The notes beneath the pieces are model-generated. The model did no database searches. It saw nothing but the letters and a program-made list of their open reading frames with translations, and was not told the origin of the DNA. Shown piece by piece: positions 37,680 through 56,324 of a stretch of 64,000 nucleotides of DNA; within the stretch, counting starts at the first letter, position 1; every line of letters starts with the position of its first letter. The position numbers were made by a program, and so were the translations under genes. The stretch spans positions 4,464,001-4,528,000 of the forward strand of contig CM007990.1 of assembly GCA_002189035.1 (NCBI GenBank), in the 5' to 3' direction. The stretch is from Utricularia gibba (taxonomy: Eukaryota; Plantae; Magnoliophyta).

Positions 37680-39718
37680 ATCTGTGTGTCAGTCTCTCGA
37701 CGAGTTGATTTGAGGAGAAGGCGAAGAGAGAGAAGGTAAGGTGTATGGTGGAGGATTCGTGGAGCGAGTGCGTGCTTTTTTATCATCGAAACGACGCTAG
37801 TTTCTATGGAAGGGGTGGACACGTACGGACGGTATGGTGCCTACCAAATTGCAATTTGGCTTCTCGATGAACTGTGTGCGGCTGTCTAACTTGGGAACTG
37901 GGACTCAAGATAAACGAGTCTGATTTAGAATCCTTTAATGGAGGATTAGTAACAGAAGCGCGGATTTGATGGGCTGATTAGGGAAGCGATTAGCGTAATC
38001 CCATCATTAAAGCTAGATTTTAACCCTTCTTATGCTTCCCTAGAGTCCCACCTGCATGTTTGTGATAATAAAATTATCACTAGTGTCTCTAAAACCTCTC
38101 ACACGCGGTACACGTGTACGGTCATGACTTTTCATTTCATTAGAAATTTATTTTTTGATTTGACTATGATTTTTCCACCGTTCAAATCAATTAAATTTTG
38201 CAGTCAGATTTAAATATTTCTAATTATTTGTACCGTTAATAATAATGGAATATTTCGGTATTCCTCATATAGTTTTTTAGGTGGAAAAAATTAAAAAACA
38301 CTTTTGGGTTAAAAAAATAGTTTTTTTTTTAATTTTTTGATTGATTAGGAAAATGCACGTGTTAGTTTTGATATTCCTTTATTGTGTGCGGCAAATCCGG
38401 ATAGGAATTATTTCGGCTCCATGAAATGATGAATTTGGTTGGTGAGTTGCTTCCCACAGGCACAGGTGGCTCATGTGATGGCTCATTTTTAAAAGTACCC
38501 ACTGTTCATTTATCTCACATATCATATCATGCACAAAAATTTGCACATAGAGTGGGTATATTTCTAACAAACACAAGACACAGTGGGTATTTTTCAAAGA
38601 GTGCTGGTGCAGACCATAAGCTGGGAGAGAGATGTCCTTCCTTCCTTCCCTTGTATTGCAGGTAATGCATGTTGAGTTCACGTATCTGCTTCAGAAAAAA
38701 TGTGTACACTGTTCCCGAAGCATATTCTATGGCGTCGAATGGCTTCATTTGATTTCAAGGGTCTGGGCTCCCTGTTGTTGGTAGGGTGGTCCAAACCACT
38801 GCTGCTAGACATTTTACTGGTTTTCTTGCTGGTAATAATGGAATCTTTACCCCATATTAATGACGAGGGCTTCCTTTGTCTTGTCGGTGGTCCTCCCCTG
38901 CACTCGCATTAACTTCCGCTTTTTACCTCTAATTGCTCCTCTCTCTGCTGCCTTTTACCCACCATTTAAGTCCCTTTCTTTGATCTGAATGTGGGGTTGA
39001 TTATTGATTTACTCCGCTTTTATCCCTAATGAAATCAGACAAAAGTTGGAGCACATATATTTGCAGGATCCAAGTGGGAATTATGATGTTGGCTACTGAC
39101 ATGACCGTTTCGTCTTTCTACATTAAGTTTTGTTCTTTTCTGTCTGTGTGACGACTACACGCATACATTTGTTTTGCTTTCATACCTGTGGGTGGGAAAT
39201 AGGAATGCACGAAGCTCGGTTATGATGATGCATGGCGTGGATTCCAGTTGCTGTCGGCTTGTGTTTTGACGCAAAGTCAGGCTCTTTACTGTGATTACGA
39301 GGAGTTGCAAGGAAAAAATGGCTTCGTACTTGCTAGCCCTTACGCCCTAGTATGGAAGATCTCTTCTAGCTCCTCGAAAAAATCTTGTATTTGCTTCATG
39401 GTGAAATGGGAATCACTGAATCTTGTATGCTTTCCATTAGAAATTCTCTTGTCTGCGGTTGTGTCGTACCTGGTGTGACTACTTGGTGCATCTGTTGGCT
39501 GCTCTACTGTTGTTCTTGGGGACCCATTTGTTGTCTATGATGATGCCGTTTTAGTTATAGGCGCACGAACCCGACAAAAGATGCCCCAAACCCCACTGCA
39601 GTTTCCTACTTTTCACTTGACCCATACCCCTATATACAGCAAGGCAACTGAACCAGGTCTCAGATCCTTCTTATTTTCCCTGCTGGTTTTCCACGCACCC
39701 CCAGCCCTCATTTCTCCT

Positions 39719-40631
39719 ATGGGGAGCAGGATGCTGATGGCCTCTGCAGAATCCGGTGTTTATGGTGATGAGTCTTGTTTGGAACTGCGGCTTGCTCTGA
39801 GTATTGGAGCAAGTATGGGAGCGGAAAATCAGACTACTGGTGGTGGTTCTTGGGAACATTTTGTTTCTATGGCTTCCTCTGAAGTTTCTTCTTCGTCATC
39901 CACTTCCTCTTCTTCTTCATTCACTAAAGCTCATGCACCCTCCTCCTACGGCATAAAGAGGCCTCTAACTCGGTATTACAACTCTTCCTCTTTTGGCTTT
40001 CATTTCCTTGAAAGATGTTATGATTCATGGAGATTAACCAATCCTTTTGAAAGCGGAGCAGGCCGGTCGTTGGATGGCCTCCTGTGAGGGCCTACAGAAT
40101 GAGCAACCTGAAGCACCCAACTACAGAAGAGCTGTTAATCAACAAGAGTGGCATGGCCACAGACACCAGTTTGCAGGCAAAAGCGGTCGCGAAAGCGTCT
40201 TGTTTCGTGAAGGTGACGATGGACGGCATCCCCATCGGAAGGAAGATGGATATAAACGCTCACAACTCCTACAGCACCCTACTCCACTCAGTCAACGAAA
40301 TGTTTCGACCCTCTGCTCCTGCAGGTCGACTACTCTAATCTCCACTCATGCTTAGATCTCAACACTTGCACTCAACTCACCAACTGCAGGATCAAAAGGT
40401 GTGAGACTACTAGATGCGTTCCCAGATTCAGAGCTCGTGCTAGCATACAAAGACAAAGAGGGGGACTGGATGCTGGTCGGAGACGTTCCATGGGAGTAAG
40501 AATACCAACACCTCTCATCGAATGCTTAAGTAAACTGAACTGATCTTTCTCTGCATTTGGGCAGCATGTTCATTAACTCTGTGAGGAGGCTGCGGATCAT
40601 GAGAAGAGCGGAGGCCAATGGGTTGGAGTAG
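39719..40631 (+). CDS. IAA: Aux/IAA transcriptional repressor (IAA10-13-like); exons about 39719-39972, 40062-40324, 40390-40495, 40565-40631
   Basis: Domain I LELRLAL, degron [11 protein letters not shown], domain [19 protein letters not shown], domain [28 protein letters not shown]. Confidence 0.93.
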
Positions 40632-40796
40632 CCAGCCACAGACACACGACTTCTGCTGCGCCTTTCTTTGTTTCTTTCCTTTTTCCCATGATATCGCTTG
40701 CTGCTTACTGTTGGATTCGATACGTTAATAAATGCCTTCTGTCTGTGTGGGGCCGTGTTGTGTTTGTGTCCAATCAAATTGCGTTGGTGGTCGTGG

Positions 40797-40958
40797 TGGG
40801 CCCCGTTGAAATCCCATGTGGAATCAGATAGGGTTTTAAATGATCGTAAATAAGCAGGAATATCTTGGGCCGGGAATCACGGCACGGCCCATAATTAGTG
40901 GGCCTGACAATGCCGAAAGAGAATATTCGGCCCAATATTATTGAGCAAGTTCGGCCCA
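40797..40958. promoter_or_regulatory. Cluster of six site II (TGGGCC/GGCCCA) elements with no adjacent coding start
   Basis: Motifs at 40797, 40866, 40886, 40899, 40929 and 40953. Confidence 0.55.
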
Positions 40959-41694
40959 ATAATGTTGGCTGTCGTCGTTGCATACTATACAAGCACACCA
41001 CTTGCTCTCGGCTCCAGGTCGCCTTATCTTGGGGGTGTCTTTACGAGTCTGACGTTAAAGCACGATTGTTTTCTATGGGTGTTTATGCCGGTGTTGTATT
41101 CTTTGGGTTTCCTTTCTCCCAAGCTGAGCTCTCTCCAAGGTACGCCCATTTCCCTGTGTTTTTAATGGGGAATCTTTGCGGATGCTCCAGATCTTTGATG
41201 ATGGCAAAGCCAACTAATCAGTTCATCAATGGGGAATGAACAGACAATTCCGGATGTTAAACTATTGGTATAGTTTTTTCGGGCTATCCGTTTTCTTATT
41301 CATGATTGATGATGTAGGAGTGGTTGAGTCTTTTGATGTGAGTGCAAATGTAAATGGCAAAAAATATGCTGGAATTGAGGCAAAATGTATCATGAGAAAT
41401 CCCAAAGAATGGGATCGGTCCATTAGATTTATTGATCCAATCTTCATTCTTAACTTCTGAAGGATTCTATTCAACCATGTTATGTAACCACTGTAGTTTT
41501 ACCTGTGCACATGTTTGGTAGTATCCCAGCTTCTTGAACAAGTTTGAAATGTTGTGGTCAGCTTTCGATACAAGAACCAGAACTAATCCTAAATTTGAAA
41601 TTTAAAGGCAAATGAGCTGCGGTTCATGGCTTATTCAACTGTTTGCTTGCTTGTCAGGAATGTTAATCTCCTTCATTTGTTGATCATCTGTCCT

Positions 41695-43314
41695 TCAGTT
41701 TCTATTGGGTTTAGTGAAAAATGGATCCCATTCATGAGGCCCCAATGCTTGACCTTCTTCTAGCAAAGCATACTTCCAACTGCTCTCCTCCATGAAATTA
41801 TCATCTGTTCTTCCATTAACTATGTCTTTCCTCAACTTTGTCACCTTGCTGATTATTCCATCGAGAGCTATATCAAATGCGTCTTTCAAAGTCTCTAGCT
41901 TAGAGCGAGGATCAGCATATATAATCCGAGGGATGAGGTTTATCACAGCTTCTCTCATTTTGCTTATTTCTTCTGCAGGAATCTGGGTAAGCCTGTTCTC
42001 TATGCTTTTATTGTTGCGTACAACGTTCTCGGGTATGAACACAGAGTATAGGGAGAAATTCTTAGGCAAATGCCAAGTGTATTGTGTGTAGGCTGATCCA
42101 GGATGGAAGAACACCGGTATACAACCAGCAAGCATGCTATCGAAAGCGGACCTTCTTGTGTATGAGTCTCCCTGAGGTTGCAAACAGAAAAGGGAGCTCT
42201 GAAACATCTGCATAACGCTGCTGGGAGAATGGCACTTGCTCTCCCCAAAATCACACTCCAAAAGCTTACAAACCTTGGAGTTTCTACACTGACTGATTAT
42301 CTTGTCCCTGATAGAGTCTGGGTTCCCCGGCCGTGGTGCACCAGCAAAGCAGAAAAGGTACTTCCTTTTATGTTTTCGCATTCGCCCTTGCCATTCGAAA
42401 ACATCAGCATCACTTGATGGATGGAAGTACGTTGGATAAGGAACTGCATAGTCATTAGAACTCCAAGGACTAGATTCTACCACAAGCATGGTCATGTTCT
42501 TGGCTGCAGGCATCAGGAGAAGCTTGTTTCCCCAGTCCGATTCTCGGTCTGTTAATCGCCTGAAATCCCATGTTATCCTCCCTGCAACAAGAAAATGATC
42601 CTTCCCGCCCATAACGCTCCACTCTGGCTTCCTTACAAGCCAGTCAACCAGAGCAAGAGATGCAGAATCCCTCACAGACACACTGTGCCTCCAGAGATAC
42701 CTTGCAATATCAAACCCCGCAAAGAATGGAACAAACATCGCAGCAGCAAGAGATGAATCGTTTGTCAAACAATCATACTGCTTCATCCTGTTGAAGAATA
42801 TGACATCTACAGCAAACTGATTTGTGGCATACCACCCTGTGTTTGAGAAGACACCTTCAACATTCTCCAATGGTGGACCAAGACCAGCATTGGTTGTGAA
42901 CTTACACATGTCAGTCCATGGACTGAGACTCTCACACTCATTCAGCATATCCTGGTTGAATTTGGAGGGAAGCGGATGAATGTATATGTATCTCCCCCCA
43001 CATGGATCACTCTTGTTTTCCAGAGATCTGAGAGCCCTCATGAAAGGGTAACTCTGTTTCGCCCTCCACTGCCGGGATTGAGAAGGGCGATGATCCTCCT
43101 GTTTGAGTATTTCCTTTCTGGCACCAGACTTATCAGCCACAGTTTCAAGTAACCGAGAGGCGATTCCATGGCCCCCGGAGTGAAACAGGACGATAAGGAA
43201 CCACAAGAAAGCTGTAATTGAGAGCATCACGCAAATCTTCGAATGTTGACTTTTCCCCTGTCCCCTTTCCATGAACTCATTTAAGGGTATCACTGTTACC
43301 GGTCGACGTCTCAT
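41695..43314 (-). CDS. MUR3: Xyloglucan galactosyltransferase MUR3/KATAMARI1 (GT47 exostosin family), intronless, 539 aa
   Basis: N-terminal TM helix, [65 protein letters not shown] and HEWDPFF. Confidence 0.93.
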   Translation of the reverse strand: MRRRPVTVIPLNEFMERGQGKSQHSKICVMLSITAFLWFLIVLFHSGGHGIASRLLETVADKSGARKEILKQEDHRPSQSRQWRAKQSYPFMRALRSLENKSDPCGGRYIYIHPLPSKFNQDMLNECESLSPWTDMCKFTTNAGLGPPLENVEGVFSNTGWYATNQFAVDVIFFNRMKQYDCLTNDSSLAAAMFVPFFAGFDIARYLWRHSVSVRDSASLALVDWLVRKPEWSVMGGKDHFLVAGRITWDFRRLTDRESDWGNKLLLMPAAKNMTMLVVESSPWSSNDYAVPYPTYFHPSSDADVFEWQGRMRKHKRKYLFCFAGAPRPGNPDSIRDKIISQCRNSKVCKLLECDFGESKCHSPSSVMQMFQSSLFCLQPQGDSYTRRSAFDSMLAGCIPVFFHPGSAYTQYTWHLPKNFSLYSVFIPENVVRNNKSIENRLTQIPAEEISKMREAVINLIPRIIYADPRSKLETLKDAFDIALDGIISKVTKLRKDIVNGRTDDNFMEESSWKYALLEEGQALGPHEWDPFFTKPNRN

Positions 43315-44244
43315 CTGAGAAACGGGAAACCAGAATAATCTCGGCTTTTTTGTTCGGATCCTTCGGTCTCAATCAATCAACGGAAATAGACAAACTCCAT
43401 TGAATTACGAAAACGCAGTTGAAGAGGACTAACGGTACGGAGATACACCGGGACGTATAGGACTCATTCGATCCAAATCGTCCCGGTTTCAACGAAATGA
43501 TTTAGAAGCAAAACAAAACAAAGGAGGAACCAACAGATTTCATCGGAAGAACAATCATGTTCCCTGAAGGGAGGCGCCGTACAACGGAAAAAAGGAGGGG
43601 ATCGGTACGGAGACCAGCCGTCGAAACTTTCGTGGTAGTGACTGGTAATTGGCCATCATATTTCGCAATCATTTATTCAATAAATACTATTTTAATCTCA
43701 TAAAAGGAAAAAATAATTAATGTCTTTTGTTATTCAATAAATAACACATTTTTCATATGCTCAATAATAATGCCTATTTTCAATTATTTTGAAACCATGC
43801 ATTGTTTTTCTAATGCAATTACCAAAGGAACCTTTGTGTTACTCCACGATTGGTGCACGTGGACCACGTCCCGTTTCTCTCATCCCATTGGTTCAGACCG
43901 TCGGTTGGGGTACTTTATGCATTATTTGCATTTTTTAATACAAATGAAATAAAAAAAAGTGAAGTATTGTTACTATTTGTTTCATTGCACCCCACTCATT
44001 CATAGATTCAATTGATGGGTAAAACCCTAGTTTTTCAATTTGTGCGATTTACTATTTGTTTCAACTATAAAAATATTATGAAAATAAAAATATGAATTCA
44101 AGGGATTTTAAAACTATGCTTCTAATTCTCCGTCGAATTCGTCAATTGTGGTAAAAATGGCCTATTGATGTGAAGGGGTAAACATGACATTTCACGTTAA
44201 GATGGGGGAAAGGAAACGCAGAGAGTAGAAATTTGGGGGGAGAG

Positions 44245-44691
44245 TTACTGGGATTGGAAGAAGAAGAAGAAGGCAGCAGGAACAGAGACAAGTGCCAGGA
44301 GGAGGACAGCAGCCATCAGCAGCAGGATCATGTGTTTTACAGAATCAGTTTGCCGCCGGCTGCTCCGGAACCGGAGCGCCGCTCTGTCCATCGACAGCTC
44401 TCCGAAGCGGAGACCAACCCCAAAATCTCCCATGATCACCTCACTGTCCATCAGAATGGAGTGGCTGATGCCATGAACATCGCTGTTGATATATATGTTC
44501 ACGAAGGAGCCACGGGTCGGGTTTCCTGGGCTGTCGATAACCATGGAGGATCCTATGTTTCTGCCTCCCAGTCTTATGCTCTCGTAGGAGCTACTGCTCA
44601 TGGGTGGCCGCCCATTCATCCTGCTTGCTGATTTGGGAGCTGGGAATGGCCTCCTCCTGGTTTTCATGGGTACTCCTTGGCCATTCACCAT
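44245..44691 (-). CDS. Uncharacterised small plant protein with C-terminal hydrophobic helix (start may be 44667)
   Basis: The segment VNIYINSDVHGISHSILMDSEVIMGDFGV resembles an INSNVQG.NNS...DPGV motif I recall from unknown plant proteins. Hydrophobic tail MILLLMAAVLLLALVSV. Confidence 0.65.
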   Translation of the reverse strand: MVNGQGVPMKTRRRPFPAPKSASRMNGRPPMSSSSYESIRLGGRNIGSSMVIDSPGNPTRGSFVNIYINSDVHGISHSILMDSEVIMGDFGVGLRFGELSMDRAALRFRSSRRQTDSVKHMILLLMAAVLLLALVSVPAAFFFFFQSQ

Positions 44692-45122
44692 GGGATTTGA
44701 AAGGGTACCTGTTTAAATAGATCGAGGAGATGCAAATGCTTTCCTCAACTTCAAAGCAAAGTAGATATTCTGTAACACAAACTTAATCTGTACTCTGTCA
44801 GCCGACTGAAACAGATACTACGCATTCAGCAAGGTAGCCAGAGAAACAGCTCTAAGACATGAAAATACATCAGCCAATTACTTCTGAAGACTGATAGTGT
44901 TTGTCGGCATTATACATGGAAATGGTCATCTTTATTTCTTCGAGGCATTCCAAGTTTAAACTCTCTACAGCATTTTAAATGGGAGTGGTTAGTTTTATCA
45001 GCCATAAAGAAGTGATTACAATCTGCAGGGAATGCAGCTGCCAAACTGGCGGAAATGCAAATGAAAATAACAAACCTTCATGCTCTTTCCCCCATATGAA
45101 AGCAAGAAGTTGATAGAAAGCA

Positions 45123-47640
45123 TCAAGACCATGACTTGGGCAACTCTTTTTCACTGACAGTGGAACCATACTGTGGCCCGCCTTTACGATATTGTATGAG
45201 GAATTCAACAGGATAGCCCTTCAGCTTATGGGGTATGATTCCAAGATCCTCAAATTTCAAGGCTGGAAGGGCATTGACAGAAAGTCATAAATGAGCATCT
45301 TACAAGGAATTATATTTGTTGAAAAGCATATCTAATCACCACGTCTTAGCCAGATCTTACCATTTTCAGATACAACAGTATCAACTGACAGAGATTCAAT
45401 GAGGTCCAAGTTGAATATCTTTGGACTGGGCAGTGGGAAGGGAACCTTGTTGAGCAGGAACTCTCTAGGAGCAGCAATAGCCTGAAATTAAATACTAAAG
45501 TGAGCAATTAAGCGTGACCAGTGCTAATATATAATGCAAATGGGGAGGGAGTTTGCCTTTGCAATCGATAAAGGAATATTGACATAGTGGGGCCGTTCAC
45601 GAATCATGTCATACATGATTTCTGCCTATCAAACAAGAAAATGGGTGTATAAGTCCACTAATAACTCAGTTAGTTAATTAGCCCTGCAATCCCATGTAGA
45701 CGATTACCAAAAATCTGAGGGATTACCAGTTGGTGCCTAGTATAAATTTCAGGCCCACCAAGTTCATAAATTTTTCCCATGCTGATCCCAGAATCTTGTA
45801 ATGCGGCCACAATTGCGGATGCAACATCAACCACGTATACAGGCTGAATCCTGAGTATAAGCGATGATATAAAATGTTCAGATACAGAAAGATGCACATA
45901 ATCTTTCTAATGTGCGTTTACCTGGTTGACTCCCCTACTAAAGGCAGAAAGCTGAAATTCTTAGCGAATTGTGCCCATGTGTTCAAAATCCGATCTTCAG
46001 TGCCTATCATCACGGCAGGTCTCAAAATAGTAGCCTGAAAAGATATATTGTTTGTCAGCCTTGCGACATCATGTCCCCATTTTTTCAGTGTGCAAGTTCA
46101 GCTTCCCCCTCTAAATAAGGGGGGATTGCATAAATTTTAGTTGAATCATGGATAATCAGGGCAAGAAAGCATTACTCATGCTCGAAACTCTATTGACACA
46201 CAGGTAATTAAAATATAATTTACTTCAGGGATTTCTCGTAAGATGGCTTCCTCAGCAGCTGCTTTAGTTCTGAGCATTCGTGATGGAGAAGACAATGATG
46301 CTCCCAAACACGAAACTTGAATGAATCTCCCTATCCCGCCATGCTCTTTGGCAATCTGAAAGTACATGATACACCATAGAAAATATTGAGGACGCAGAAA
46401 AGAAAAACAATGTGGCAGGCAATTTTTATACTAAGCGGCAACAATATATCATTATCCATTCTCCAAAGGTTCAAATGTGGCCCTGAAATACAGGTACTAG
46501 AACCATGAGCAACGTGGTAGAAATTGGTTCAGTTGAGTATTCTACCAACACTTAACATGTTTAATGTTCCAGAAAATAGTAGGTTGTTCAGAAAATAATC
46601 ATTGGCATTATCACACGACCACCCAATTGATGAACACAAAATCTTCGAACACACATGAGAAAAGTGTAGAAGTTAAGAGACATACAACGGCTAACTGCTC
46701 TGCCATGTGATGATTAACTTCTTCAAAACTGTAATTTCGGGTCTCATATTCCCTGCCTATTTTCATGGAACATTGTAAGTTTATAATCCATAGTCCGGCA
46801 CAAAAAAATAATTCTGTAATATATGTTCCTTACCAATTAGATTAATTACAACATTAGCTTTTGCCATCACAGCCTTGACTGAATTCGGATCCCGGGGATT
46901 GTATTTCATGGGAACAACCTGCAATAATAAATGAGTAAACGCCAAAGAATTACACATTATAGTATATAAATCCGAACGGGATAAATTTGAGGCCGGAGTT
47001 CACCTGACCCAAATCACCCATTAACTTCAGGTGCCTGGGAGAGTCCTCAGAGCCCCGGAATGGAACCAGTACTTGAGACCCATTCTTAGCTAACAGTATA
47101 ATAGTATCAAAATACACATAAACACAACAGCAAAGCAAAAAACCACCGCCAGTCCAGAAGTAAAAAACTCCTGAGAAGTCATAATGCACGAAAAAAGGGA
47201 ACACACCCAGTTGCTGGACTAGATATCGTCCCAGAAATCCTGTTGCTCCGAACACGGTTGCAATGATTCCACTGCGTCAGAAATTTCAAATGGGTAGGTA
47301 AAAGCCGACGTAAACACCCATAATTAGGGCTTGCAACAGATGCTAACCTGACAGATGATCTCCCACCAGTGCCCTTACGAATCAAATGGCCCACGCCCTT
47401 GGTAGCAAGGCTCGAAGCACATCTAGGGCTCTCCGCTCCATTATCTGGAATATCACATCCATAGAATCAATTTGGAATGGGGGAAATGATGCATTCGATA
47501 CATAACCCTGACACACCGGCAAGGGAGAATCAGTTTTTACATTGATCATAGCGCAAAAAATCCGATTTGCAAGAAGAAACGGAAGCGAGTGAGTGCTTGA
47601 TACGTTGTTGGCTCCCCAATCGTCTGCAAACCCCCTGCAT
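45123..47640 (-). CDS. NDUFA9: NADH dehydrogenase (complex I) 39-kDa subunit, multi-exon; the end position assumes one extra T in 45147-45152
   Basis: MQGVCRRL presequence, [67 protein letters not shown] and HKLKGYPVEFLIQYRKGGP. Confidence 0.95.
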
Positions 47641-48403
47641 CTTGCCTCACACCACCGATCTCCTCCCTCAGCCTGTGCTCTATTAGAATAACGAGAAATC
47701 GCCAATGGGGAAGACAAAAAAGAGACATTTAAAAATTTATTATAATTATTTACATTATATTTTAATAGTTTTAAATTTTAAATTTTAATATAAACACTCA
47801 TATTTATTTGACAAGTGACATCCATAAATATTTATAAGATAAGAATTAAATAATTAAAAATAAAAACTAAAAATATATATATTTGATATTTTATATTAAT
47901 CTCACAATTTTTTGATATTATTCATTTAGAATACCTAATTTTTATAATTTTTTTTATTTTTTATTTAAAAATACTTTTAAAAAAATTAAAAAAAAATACT
48001 TCTATTTAAAACAAGTCTTCTCCCCGTTCTATCAAAATATTAAATCTTGTAATAAAGAATTATTTTTATTTATCATTAACTCTTGTGACGAATACTAGAG
48101 ATAACAATGCAAGCTAATGATTCTCATGTCTTATTTCACTTGAACATTACAGAGCTGCTATCCAAAAAAGAAGCCCATTCCTGGATTCTCTACCCCAACT
48201 GTGCCAACTTATTGTACAGTGAACCCCTGTGATGTGCAACAAGTCTGTATGCAGGGCGCAGCACGATGATGAAGATCAGCATTCCATCTTTAATGGCAGC
48301 CATGATTTGTGTGGAGTCCGCGGAGCAAGTGAGCAGCAGCAGCTAAGGAATGGAAGTGAGGCTCTTATTCCTGATTCTCCTAGGTGGTGCCTCGTTGCTC
48401 AGA

Positions 48404-54448
<6,045 letters not shown>

Positions 54449-56324
54449 AAGCGATACAGATACCAATCTTGGAAGCAAAGAATTGAAGGGTCTCAATGAC
54501 GATTAGTAGAACGATGAGAGCGACTCCTTAAACGATGAATTAGCGAAAAATCGAGAACCGTAAAGGGGTATTTCACCGTCTGGCAATCGAAATTTTGTCA
54601 GGTATGCAGCCTAGTGACAAGCCACGAAACGTTGCAAGGTTGAATACCTGCGCATGACAACAAAATCATCTGCATTACAGAAAACGAGATAGAATATCGC
54701 CAACTTTAGCTGGCGATTATGGGAAAACACACCAAAAAAATCACGTCAGAACTCTCTTGTATCTCACTCTCACGTGCGTAGTCTTTATCATCTTTCCCTG
54801 TACTGTTGTCCATTACAATTGAAAAAAAAAAAAAAAAAAAAACACTACCCACTTTCCGAAACCCCGTAAAAGACCGACCTCCGCTTCGTTCCTCCCAAAT
54901 GGTTCGACGAAAGTGCCTCAATTTCCGCGAAACAAGTACAAAGTGTCTCCCAAAGCAGAACAGAATCAAGCTCAAAAGAAAGAGATGACGGCGCCCGCCA
55001 CCCACCAACCCACGGCTGTCAGAGCTGATGGGTGTAGAATTTCCGACGGAACAGAGCCGAAGATCTACCTACATGCGAAGAACATCCAAACCACGAGAAT
55101 GTGTCACCATAACGAAGCGAGGCGCAGGTGTCTCCTCATCTTAAATGGGGATTTGGTTTCATTATTATCAACAATTTCCAACGCAATTGCCACTCACAAA
55201 TCCCTCTCATTTCTCATTTTCTGAATTATAATAATATTATTAATATTATATTTTAATATAGACACAAATTGGAATACACTCATCATTAGGCCTCCGGGGG
55301 GGGGGGGGGGGTGGGGGGAATCAATAAAACAAAGCAATGGCTGCCGCATTTATTTGAGAATGTTCTGAAAAGGATGTGAACGAACTTGAAATTGAGTTAA
55401 ATTATTTTTATAATAAATTAAATCGATATACTAATTTTTAATTACATTGTATAATATTACACAATAAAAAGAATTATCTAAGTGAATCAATTCATTTTGA
55501 AAGCTAACAAACTATATTTTGAATCTGAAATTCATATTATATAGAATGTAATCAGTTTTGGGATTATGTGCATGAAATGTATTATACTAAAGTTTAATAG
55601 AAAAAATTATATATTATAAAGTATTAATGATTATATAATTTAATATTATAATATAAATATATTTTTCAATAGTTAAACAATGAATAATAAATTTTTTCCA
55701 ATTAATCTATTATTTATTTATTAAATAAAGATAAACAGAAATTTAATAATTTATTAAAAAAATTATTTGCATTTTTAAAAAAATCCGAAATTTGAAAGTA
55801 TATGAAACTTAAAACATTATTATGTGGGCCCATTCTTATTCCCTTGAATTGGTGGGGGCCACGGTTGACAGAAACTCGCTTTTTTTTTTATAGCCCAAGG
55901 CCGCAGACCATCCCTTGGTCTGAATTTTCCAGTATTTTATGGATTATTTGATTTTCAAAATAATAAAAAATCACGCAAATTATCAACATCGACTATACTG
56001 CGACTTTTAAAAGGGCCGGCTGCTAGTCCGTCACATCTAGGAATAGACCCGCGTAGACGAGAAGAATGTGGCGGGATGTCGGCCGTCGATCAGCACGTGC
56101 TGAGTGGTGTTTGGTAGAGGCTGGCCCACCACTGGGTCTTGATAGAGATTGGTTAGCTGAACTAGAAGGCTATATGATAGGTGGGCCGAGCCGGTCTGGA
56201 CTGAGCCGGGCCCTGTTGGATCGAAAGTGTGTATTGGGCCTGAAGGCCCAGTGGGACTCCCTTGCCTTGCTGTAAAAAGCCCGACTCGGCGAGTGCGGGA
56301 GAGGAGGAGACGGGAAGGGGATCC

